Shown in pieces: positions 19,121 to 26,100 of a stretch of DNA of 64,000 bases. The position numbers were made by a program, and so were the translations under genes. Each line of letters begins with the position of its first letter. Position 1 is the stretch's first letter. The notes beneath the pieces are model-generated. The model worked only from the letters and a program-made list of their open reading frames with translations, did not search any database and was not told the DNA's origin. Source of the stretch: an uncultured delta proteobacterium (lineage in GTDB: Bacteria > Myxococcota_A > UBA9160 > SMWR01); assembly GCA_963832165.1 (NCBI GenBank), contig CAWHTE010000004.1, positions 64,001 to 128,000 of the forward strand. Direction: 5' to 3'.

Positions 19121-19779
19121 GGCTTCGCCCCCGAGCCATTCAACGCCTCCGGAGGGTGCGCGCTCGGGTGACACGCTCCGGTGCAGGACAGCTCTCGCGA
19201 GGCGAGCAGCTTCTGCGTGTCCGGGTCGGTGTGGAGGGACACCGCCTGGAACTTCGGCGCATGGCGATGGCAGTCGAGGCACGCGTCGATGTCGAACGGG
19301 CGGTTCATCGCGAGCGGATACTCGTAGCTGCCGCGGAGCTCGTGCCACATGTGGCCGATCCCGGCTCGCTTCGCCTGAAATCCGCCGAGAATTCCGTAGC
19401 CGGCGTGGCACGTGTAGCACGCGGTGTCGCCCTTGATGGCGCCGGATTGATAGTGGTTCGAGGCGAGTGAGCCATTGGCCTCGATCACGCTTGCCACGAC
19501 TGGAGCCATCGGCTCGTGACACGAGCCGCAGAACGACATCTCCTGCGAGCGACTCACGGTCTCGAGGTTCGAGAGCAGGAGAGCGACGCCCGGCACGACG
19601 ACGAGACCGGCCAGTCCCAGCTCCGGCGACACGTAGCCGCGGATCAGCGCATAGGCAGCGAGGCCGGCCGCGGCTGTCACCGCGATGAACGCCACGATCC
19701 ACAGCAGGTGGACCTGCGGCTGGTCCATGAACAGCGGACCCAGGTCCGCTTCCATCGGCATCCCCCGTTGTCGGCTCAT
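19117..19779 (-). CDS. Membrane-anchored NapC/NirT (CymA-like) tetraheme cytochrome c; start uncertain (19755-19779)
   Basis: Two N-terminal TM helices; CGSCHEPM, CYTCH, CLDCH, CTGACH. Confidence 0.8.
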   Translation of the reverse strand: MSRQRGMPMEADLGPLFMDQPQVHLLWIVAFIAVTAAAGLAAYALIRGYVSPELGLAGLVVVPGVALLLSNLETVSRSQEMSFCGSCHEPMAPVVASVIEANGSLASNHYQSGAIKGDTACYTCHAGYGILGGFQAKRAGIGHMWHELRGSYEYPLAMNRPFDIDACLDCHRHAPKFQAVSLHTDPDTQKLLASRELSCTGACHPSAHPPEALNGSGAKP

Positions 19780-19918
19780 GTTCTCACGACGGATCCGACG
19801 TTCGCAAGAGCGATGCGCGCAACGCCTCCGCGCCAGGAAGGGAATGCGGGCCGGTATGCTCGTGTTGGCGCACCCGGTCGGCGAGGCGATCGGGCGCTCG
19901 CAACAGGGAACACGCCGC

Positions 19919-20473
19919 ATGAAGCAATGCCCGTTCTGCGCCGAGTCCATCCAGGATGACGCGATCAAGTGCCGCTATTGCGGAGAGTTCTTGACGGGTG
20001 GACCGCCCGCGATGCAAGCCGCGATGCGCGCGGCGGGCATGCCGGCGAACGTGCGCTTCGGCTGGGGCTACGAGTACAAGTCCCGCATCACGGTTCTCGG
20101 CCTGCCGCTCGTCCACATCGCGAGCGGTGTGGACGAGCAGACCGGTCGCCCGCGCATCGCGTGCGGGATCCTTGCCATGGGCAACATGGCCGTCGGCCTG
20201 ATTGCCGTGGGAGGGATGGCCGCGGGCGGCCTGACCTTCGGCGGCGTGAGCCTCGGGCTGCTCTGCATCGGAGGCGTCGCGGTCGGCGGCATCGCGCTGG
20301 GCGGCCTGGCGATCGGAGCGCTGTTCGCGGTGGGCGGCATGGCCATCTCGCTCTCGTATGCGGTCGGTGGCGGCGCGCTAGCTCCCTGCGCCTTCGGCGG
20401 CTCGGGCGGCGATCCCTCCTGTTTCGCACCGTTACTGGAGAAGCTCGGCCGGCTCGGGATCCAGATGCGCTGA
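19919..20473 (+). CDS. Zinc-ribbon protein with a Gly-rich hydrophobic C-terminal domain
   Basis: CPFCAESIQDDAIKCRYC; YEYKS...GLPLVHI; repeated A.GG.A.G segments. Confidence 0.8.
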   Translation: MKQCPFCAESIQDDAIKCRYCGEFLTGGPPAMQAAMRAAGMPANVRFGWGYEYKSRITVLGLPLVHIASGVDEQTGRPRIACGILAMGNMAVGLIAVGGMAAGGLTFGGVSLGLLCIGGVAVGGIALGGLAIGALFAVGGMAISLSYAVGGGALAPCAFGGSGGDPSCFAPLLEKLGRLGIQMR

Positions 20474-20520
20474 GGATCCGGGTCGCTACATTGCGGCGGC
20501 AAGCGGCCCCCGCCGCACCG

Positions 20521-20558
20521 CAAGTTTCGCGCAGCGAGCCGAAGGCGAGCGAAGACCA
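20521..20558 (+). repeat. 38-bp junction repeat (consensus copy) upstream of nuoI
   Basis: CAAGTTTCGCGCAGCGAGCCGAAGGCGAGCGAAGACCA. Confidence 0.92.
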
Positions 20559-20592
20559 GCGGGGGGGCGGAGCCGAGCGGAGTCAATAGGAC

Positions 20593-21165
20593 GTGCCGGG
20601 CAGGGTCATCGTGGTGAAGCGCGCCGAGAAGCTCGGCCTGCTCGAGCGCCTCTACGTGCCGATGATCCTCAAGGGCCTCGCCGTCACGGCCGGCCACTTC
20701 TTCCGCAACCTGCGCGGGTTCGTCTCCGGCAAGAACCGCACCGACTTCGTCGTCCAGTACCCCGAAGAGCTCGTCGACTATCCCGATGCGTTCCGCGGCA
20801 TGCCCGTGCTCGTACAGCTCGACAACGGCCAGCCCAAGTGCGTCGCGTGCGGCCTGTGCGAGTTCGCTTGCCCGACCGACTGCATCAGCATCGTCCCGGG
20901 CGAGCTCGAGGGCTCGCGCATCGAGCGCTACCCCGAGGCGTTCGACATCGACATGTCGCGCTGCATGTTCTGCGGCCTCTGCGAAGAGGCGTGCCCCGAA
21001 GAGGCGATCGTGATGAGCCGCGAAGTCGAGCTCGCGACCTACGATCGCGGCTCGATGCTCTACGACAAAGAGCGCCTGCTCGTGCCCGATGCGCTGCTCG
21101 AGCGCCGGCTCGGCTTCCTGCGCGGGGAGTACGACCGCGAGCACGCGCAGGAGAAGCACCGCTGA
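20593..21165 (+). CDS. nuoI: NADH-quinone oxidoreductase subunit I
   Basis: QYPEE, FRG, CVACGLCEFACP and CMFCGLCEEACP (two [4Fe-4S] motifs). Confidence 0.93.
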   Translation: MPGRVIVVKRAEKLGLLERLYVPMILKGLAVTAGHFFRNLRGFVSGKNRTDFVVQYPEELVDYPDAFRGMPVLVQLDNGQPKCVACGLCEFACPTDCISIVPGELEGSRIERYPEAFDIDMSRCMFCGLCEEACPEEAIVMSREVELATYDRGSMLYDKERLLVPDALLERRLGFLRGEYDREHAQEKHR

Positions 21166-21695
21166 TGGAGGATCACGGGCAGGTTTCGCGCAGCGAGCCG
21201 AAGGCGAGCGAAGACCATGGGGATACGGTCCTGCGGCGCCTGATCGCCGCGATGCCCGAGGCGGTGACGTCGACACACGCGCATCTCGGCGATGCGACCG
21301 CGGTGGTCGCCGCATCCCGACTGATGGAGGTGATGCGCTACCTGCGCGACGACCGCGAGCTCGCGTTCGAGATGCTGATGGACGTCTGCGCGGTGGACTA
21401 TCTGCCGCGCGTACCGCGCTTCGAGGTGGTCTATCACCTCTACTCGATCGTGAAGAACCACCGACTCCGCGTGAAGGTGCTCGTGGACGGGAAGACGCCC
21501 AGCGTGCCCAGCGTGGTCAAGCTCTGGCTGTCGGCGAACTGGATGGAGCGCGAGGTGTTCGACCTCTACGGGATCCGTTTCGAAGGCCATCCCGACCTGC
21601 GGCGGATTCTGTTGTACGAGGAGTTCGAAGGCCATCCGCTGCGCAAGGACTATCCGAAGGAGCGCCGCCAGCCGCTCGTGGGTCCGAGGAACTGA
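21165..21695 (+). CDS. nuoC: NADH-quinone oxidoreductase subunit C with a repeat-derived N-terminus
   Basis: DVCAVDY, RFEVVYHL, ANWMEREVFDLYGIRFEGHPDLRRIL, GHPLRKDYP; TGATG coupling to nuoI. Confidence 0.93.
   Translation: MEDHGQVSRSEPKASEDHGDTVLRRLIAAMPEAVTSTHAHLGDATAVVAASRLMEVMRYLRDDRELAFEMLMDVCAVDYLPRVPRFEVVYHLYSIVKNHRLRVKVLVDGKTPSVPSVVKLWLSANWMEREVFDLYGIRFEGHPDLRRILLYEEFEGHPLRKDYPKERRQPLVGPRN
21180..21217 (+). repeat. 38-bp repeat in frame in the nuoC N-terminus
   Basis: CAGGTTTCGCGCAGCGAGCCGAAGGCGAGCGAAGACCA, encoding QVSRSEPKASEDH. Confidence 0.92.
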
Positions 21696-22933
21696 TGGCG
21701 CAGCCCTACTTCCCGACTCCGCCGCACAAGGACGAAGGCGACTTCGAGCGCGATCTCCATACCGAGCACCAGCTGCTCAACATGGGGCCGTCGCACCCGG
21801 CGACGCACGGAACCGTGAAGTTCCTCGTCGAGCTCGACGGCGAGAACATCGTCAACATCGACATCCAGGTCGGCTACCTGCACCGCGGCTTCGAGAAGGA
21901 GTGCGAGGCGGGAACCTGGTACCAGGCGATCCCGTACACCGACCGCCTCAACTACAACTCGGCGGTCCTCGCGAACCTGGGCTTCTGCATGGCCGTGGAG
22001 AAGCTGCTCGGGATCGAGACGCCCGAGCGCTGTCAGTGGCTGCGGGTGATGTCGGGCGAGATCAGTCGGATCGGCGATCACCTCACCCGCTGCGGTGCGG
22101 CCTGCCTCGAGCTCGCCGCGATGACGCCGTTCCTGTACGGCATCGAGGCGCGCGAGCTCACCTGGGACCACCTCGAGATGCTGTGCGGCGCGCGCGTCAC
22201 GAGCAACTACATCCGGATCGGTGGCGTGAAGCACGGCATGACGCCCGGCTTCCCCACGAGCTGCCGAGCCTACATCGCGAAGACGCGCGAGCTGCTGCGC
22301 GACTTCGACGACGTGGTCACGAGCAACCGCATCTTCGTCGACCGTCTGAAGGGCACCGGCGTCATCGATCGCGAGACGTGCATCCGCTACGGCGTCACGG
22401 GTCCGATCCTGCGCTCGACGGGCGAGCCGCTCGATCTGCGCAAGCAGCAGCCCTATCTCGTCTACGACCAGATCGACTTCGATGTACCCGTCGGCACTAC
22501 GGGCGACAACTACGATCGCTACCTCGTGTGCGTCGAGGAGATGCACCAGTCCCTTCGAATCGTGGAGCAGTGCCTCGTCAAGCTCGAGCAGCTCGGCCCG
22601 GGCCCCGTGAACGTGTTCGATCCGCGCGTGCGCTGGCCCGCGAAGGGGCGCGTGTTCAACCACATGGAAGAGCTGATCCAGCAGTTCAAGTCGGTCACCG
22701 AGGGGCCGCGCGTGCCTGCGGGCGAGGGCTACTTCGCGATCGAATCCGCCAACGGCGAGCTCGGCTTCTACCTGGTCTCCGACGGCAGCGCAGTGCCCGT
22801 GAAGGTGCGCTGCCGCCCGCCCAGCTTCATCAACCTCGCGCCGATGTCCGAGATGCTCAAGGGAGCAATGCTCGCCGACCTGATCCCGACTTTCGACTTC
22901 ATCAACATGATCGGCGGAGAGTGCGACCGGTGA
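21695..22933 (+). CDS. nuoD: NADH-quinone oxidoreductase subunit D
   Basis: NMGPSHPATHG, GYLHRGFEK, DRLNY, GELGFY, R.PSF, terminal GECDR; no NiFe CxxC pairs. Confidence 0.95.
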   Translation: MAQPYFPTPPHKDEGDFERDLHTEHQLLNMGPSHPATHGTVKFLVELDGENIVNIDIQVGYLHRGFEKECEAGTWYQAIPYTDRLNYNSAVLANLGFCMAVEKLLGIETPERCQWLRVMSGEISRIGDHLTRCGAACLELAAMTPFLYGIEARELTWDHLEMLCGARVTSNYIRIGGVKHGMTPGFPTSCRAYIAKTRELLRDFDDVVTSNRIFVDRLKGTGVIDRETCIRYGVTGPILRSTGEPLDLRKQQPYLVYDQIDFDVPVGTTGDNYDRYLVCVEEMHQSLRIVEQCLVKLEQLGPGPVNVFDPRVRWPAKGRVFNHMEELIQQFKSVTEGPRVPAGEGYFAIESANGELGFYLVSDGSAVPVKVRCRPPSFINLAPMSEMLKGAMLADLIPTFDFINMIGGECDR

Positions 22934-23157
22934 GCAGCCGCGATCGGGTCTGGAAGAAGCTCGGCGCACCGACCGACCAGGTCGGCAGCGTGAACGATCC
23001 GCGCACGCGCGTGGACTTCGGGCACAAGTGGAACGAGAAGTGGGTCTACCTGGACGAGGACGGCTCCCGGGTAGACAAGGTCGTGCTGTGGCTGCGCTAC
23101 GACCTGGTGGGCGCGTTTGCGGCCGACGGATCCCCGATCGCCGTCGGCGAAGACTGA
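22930..23157 (+). CDS. Hypothetical protein (75 aa)
   Basis: GTGA overlap with the nuoD stop; LGAPT...NEKWVY; typical high-GC codon usage. Confidence 0.65.
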   Translation: MSSRDRVWKKLGAPTDQVGSVNDPRTRVDFGHKWNEKWVYLDEDGSRVDKVVLWLRYDLVGAFAADGSPIAVGED

Positions 23158-23677
23158 CACGGCGGGTCCGGCGCAAGTCTCGCGCAGCGACGCGAAGCCG
23201 AGCGAAGGCCATCGTGCGGGCGGACCGCCGCCGCTGCGCCCGTTCGGGCTCGTGCTGCATCACGACGGCAGCTGGACGCACGAGGGGCACCCGATCCGGC
23301 ACGCGAAGCTGCGCGAGCACTTCGACCGCAGCGTGGTGTACCTGCCCGCGGAGCAGAAGTACGTCGTGACGCTGCGCCACTTCCGCGGCGAGATCACCGT
23401 GGAGGAGGCGGCCTTCTTCGTGCGCGCGTTCGAGCCCGGGACGGCGCGCATCGCGCTCTCCGATCGCAGCGAGGAGACGCTCGATCCCACCACGCTCGCG
23501 ACGTCGCCGATCGACGGTGCGCTCTTGTGCCGCGTGAAGCGCGCGCTCGCGTTCGAGGGACTGCTCGCGCGCTTCACGCACGCGGCTGCGGCCGAGCTGC
23601 TCCACGCGGTGGATGCCGCGCCGTCGGGCATGCGGCTGTGCGTGGCGGGCGTCTGGCACGCGCTGCCCGACCTCTGA
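23117..23677 (+). CDS. DUF1285-like protein; start uncertain
   Basis: DGSWTHEGHPI, VEEAAFFV, LLCRVK...ARFTHAA resemble DUF1285. Confidence 0.65.
   Translation: MRPTDPRSPSAKTDTAGPAQVSRSDAKPSEGHRAGGPPPLRPFGLVLHHDGSWTHEGHPIRHAKLREHFDRSVVYLPAEQKYVVTLRHFRGEITVEEAAFFVRAFEPGTARIALSDRSEETLDPTTLATSPIDGALLCRVKRALAFEGLLARFTHAAAAELLHAVDAAPSGMRLCVAGVWHALPDL
23174..23211 (+). repeat. Diverged 38-bp repeat at the 5' end of the DUF1285-like gene
   Basis: CAAGTCTCGCGCAGCGACGCGAAGCCGAGCGAAGGCCA, encoding QVSRSDAKPSEGH. Confidence 0.8.
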
Positions 23678-23680
23678 TCG

Positions 23681-24055
23681 TCACACGAGCTGGCGCGTGA
23701 GCTGGACGCCCACGACGACGGCTCCCACACCCGCCACGAGGCTGGCCGACGCGTTCGCGAGCGCGAGCCCTGCGTGGCCGTCCTCGACGAGCGCCCAGGT
23801 TTCGAGTCCGAACGTGGAGAAGGTGGTGAAGCCGCCGAGCACGCCCGTGATGAGCGCGAGCCGCGCGGCGGGCGTGATCCACGCATGCTCGTCCGCGAGC
23901 GTGGCGAGCACGCCGATCAGGAAGCAGCCGGAGACGTTCACCGCGAACGTGCCCCACGGAAAACCCGGCCCCGTGCGCGCCTCGATCCAGAGGCCGACCG
24001 CGTAGCGCAGCATCGAGCCCAGGCCGCCACCCGCGAACAGGAGCCACCACTTCAT
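23681..24055 (-). CDS. crcB: Fluoride efflux channel
   Basis: GGGLGSMLRY, FPWGTFAVN, GVLGGFTTFSTF. Confidence 0.95.
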   Translation of the reverse strand: MKWWLLFAGGGLGSMLRYAVGLWIEARTGPGFPWGTFAVNVSGCFLIGVLATLADEHAWITPAARLALITGVLGGFTTFSTFGLETWALVEDGHAGLALANASASLVAGVGAVVVGVQLTRQLV

Positions 24056-24084
24056 CGCGCGGAGACGCTACCGTCTCCGGCTCC

Positions 24085-24158
24085 GGCGGCGTAGCCAAGT
24101 GGTAAGGCAAGGGTCTGCAAAACCCTCATCCCCGGTTCAAATCCGGGCGCCGCCTCCA
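24085..24158 (+). tRNA. tRNA-Cys(GCA)
   Basis: Cloverleaf GGCGGCG...CGCCGCC-TCCA, anticodon loop CTGCAAA, GGTTCAAATCC T-arm. Confidence 0.96.
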
Positions 24159-24165
24159 ACCGCAC

Positions 24166-24981
24166 TCAACCGTGCGCGAGCTGCGTCGGATGCGCGAGCG
24201 CAGCGCCCTCGCGCGGCGCGTTCGGGTCGAGGCGCCGGCCGTTCGGATCGAAGATCGCGAACTTCGCGAGCCCGTGGCGCTGCGCGAACACCTGCAGCGA
24301 GGTCCAGAGCACGCCGAATCCGTAGCGCACCGAGCGCGAGAAGTTGATCGAGGACGCCTCCTCGAAGTAGGCGGCCGGGCAGCTCACCTCGCCGATCTCG
24401 AATCCCGCCACGAGGATCTGCGCGAGCATCTGGTTGTCGAATACGAAGTCGTCGGAGTTCTCGAGCAGCGCGAGCGATTCGAGCACTTCTCGAGTGAACG
24501 CGCGGTAGCCGGTGTGATACTCGGACAGCTTCGCGCCGCACAGGAGGTTCTGCACCGCAGTGAGGGCGCGGTTCGCGACGTACTTGTACCGCGGCATCCC
24601 CCCGGCGAGCGCGCGTCCGCCGAGCACGCGCGAGCCGAGCACGACGTCGAACGGCCCGTCGCAGACCAGCCCGATCATCGCGGGCAGGAGCTTCGGGGTG
24701 TACTGGTAGTCGGGGTGCAGCATCACCGCGACGTCGGCCCCGAGCCGGAGCGCCTCGGTGTAGCAGGTCTTCTGGTTGCCACCGTAGCCGCGGTTCTGCC
24801 CGTGCACGAGCGTGTGCAGGCCGAGGCGTTTTGCCACCTCGACGGTCTCGTCGCCGCTCGCGTCGTCGGTGACCACCACGGCATCGACCAGATCCATCGG
24901 AATTTCGCGATAGGTCTGCTCGATCGTGCGTGCGGCGTTGTACGCCGGCATCACGACGACGATTTTCTTGCCGTGGAACAC
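24166..24981 (-). CDS. Glycosyltransferase family 2 (polyprenol-phosphate glycosyltransferase-like)
   Basis: VVVMPAYNAA, DDAS.DET, NRGYGGNQK, HPDYQY, GSR, LSEYHTGYRAF. Confidence 0.9.
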   Translation of the reverse strand: MFHGKKIVVVMPAYNAARTIEQTYREIPMDLVDAVVVTDDASGDETVEVAKRLGLHTLVHGQNRGYGGNQKTCYTEALRLGADVAVMLHPDYQYTPKLLPAMIGLVCDGPFDVVLGSRVLGGRALAGGMPRYKYVANRALTAVQNLLCGAKLSEYHTGYRAFTREVLESLALLENSDDFVFDNQMLAQILVAGFEIGEVSCPAAYFEEASSINFSRSVRYGFGVLWTSLQVFAQRHGLAKFAIFDPNGRRLDPNAPREGAALAHPTQLAHG

Positions 24982-25028
24982 GCGCGGCTCCCTGGATTCG
25001 AACGCGGTCGAGTATAGACTCAGCGGCA

Positions 25029-25114
25029 GCCCGGGTGGCGGAATGGCAGACGCGGGCGACTTAAAATCGCCTGGCCTGAGAGCCGTGCAGGTTCGAGTCC
25101 TGCCCCGGGCACCA
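25029..25114 (+). tRNA. tRNA-Leu(TAA)
   Basis: GCCCGGG...CCCGGGC-ACCA, anticodon arm GGCGA-CTTAAAA-TCGCC, long variable arm. Confidence 0.95.
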
Positions 25115-25129
25115 TGCAAAGGTCGCGCG

Positions 25130-25483
25130 CTACGGCGTGACTTCGATCGCGGTCTGGATGTCTTCTCTTTCGAGCAGCGCTTCGAGCGCTTCGCGTCCGA
25201 GCAGGGTCGTGCGCTGGTAGCCCAGGTCGGGGCGCTCCAGCTCGACGCGGAAGATCTCGCGCGGCGCGACGAACACGCGCCGGATGCGCAGCGTCGATCG
25301 CTCGCCGCCGCCGCGGACCTCGTCGCCGATCGAGTCGACGATCCGCTTCGTGCGCCGTTCCGAGTGCGAGACGCGGTGCAGCGCGAGCTCGATCGGATCC
25401 GGGAGCGGTCCGATCACGCGCGGGCCGAACCCGGATTCGGGAACGCGCTGATAGCGGATCTTGTACGAGCCGGACGGCTTCAT
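25130..25483 (-). CDS. Hypothetical protein (~117 aa)
   Basis: Open frame with protein-like composition; downstream of and co-oriented with the PilZ gene. Confidence 0.6.
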   Translation of the reverse strand: MKPSGSYKIRYQRVPESGFGPRVIGPLPDPIELALHRVSHSERRTKRIVDSIGDEVRGGGERSTLRIRRVFVAPREIFRVELERPDLGYQRTTLLGREALEALLEREDIQTAIEVTP

Positions 25484-25549
25484 CGGGTAAACGAGCGTAA
25501 GCCCGTGGCGTGCCGAGTTCAAGCGATTGCGAATCGAAACCGGCGCAGT

Positions 25550-25957
25550 TCAGTGATCGATCGCGTCGTCCGCGCCGCGCTTCAGGAACTCCTCGAGCGC
25601 GCTGATCTGCTCCGCGGCGCCGCCGAGGAACTCGATGCCCACACCGCAGTCGAGCCCGTTGGATGACGTGCTGCTGCGCATCGTGTACTGCGTCCACGCG
25701 ACGCGCCCGATCGCCTCGACGTGGCCACCGTCCGGCAGCGACAGCTCGACGAGCACGCGGCGTCCCGGGTCGAGCAGCTCGTGCGTGTGCACGAACACGC
25801 CGCCGCGCGAGAGATTTGCGCTGCGCTCCTGCGACGCGCGGAAATAGGTGCGGCCCGTGAGCGGATCGAGGTCCGGCTCGAGCGTGGAGATGCGAACCGG
25901 GATGTCCGCGCGCACGCGCTCGGACTTTCCCCGATGCGAGTCGGAGATTCCGGACAC
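25550..25957 (-). CDS. PilZ domain protein
   Basis: ER...IPVR, NLSRGGVFV, GRVAW, GVGIEF. Confidence 0.85.
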   Translation of the reverse strand: MSGISDSHRGKSERVRADIPVRISTLEPDLDPLTGRTYFRASQERSANLSRGGVFVHTHELLDPGRRVLVELSLPDGGHVEAIGRVAWTQYTMRSSTSSNGLDCGVGIEFLGGAAEQISALEEFLKRGADDAIDH

Positions 25958-26100
25958 CGATCGCTCCCTCCCATCTTATCCATCGGCAGCAACGCGCGCG
26001 CAACTTGAGCGCAACCAGCCCTGCGGGGCGCTCGTGTCTCAAGCGGCCGCTGTGATTCGCCGACGCAGGAGCGGGGCGGAGCAGCCGCAGGAGGGCAGGG

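Noticed and set aside
20593..22933. nuoICD plus nuoB as a group 4 [NiFe]-hydrogenase
   Set aside because: The large subunit lacks both CxxC Ni-binding motifs and has complex I signatures (HPATHG, terminal GECDR).
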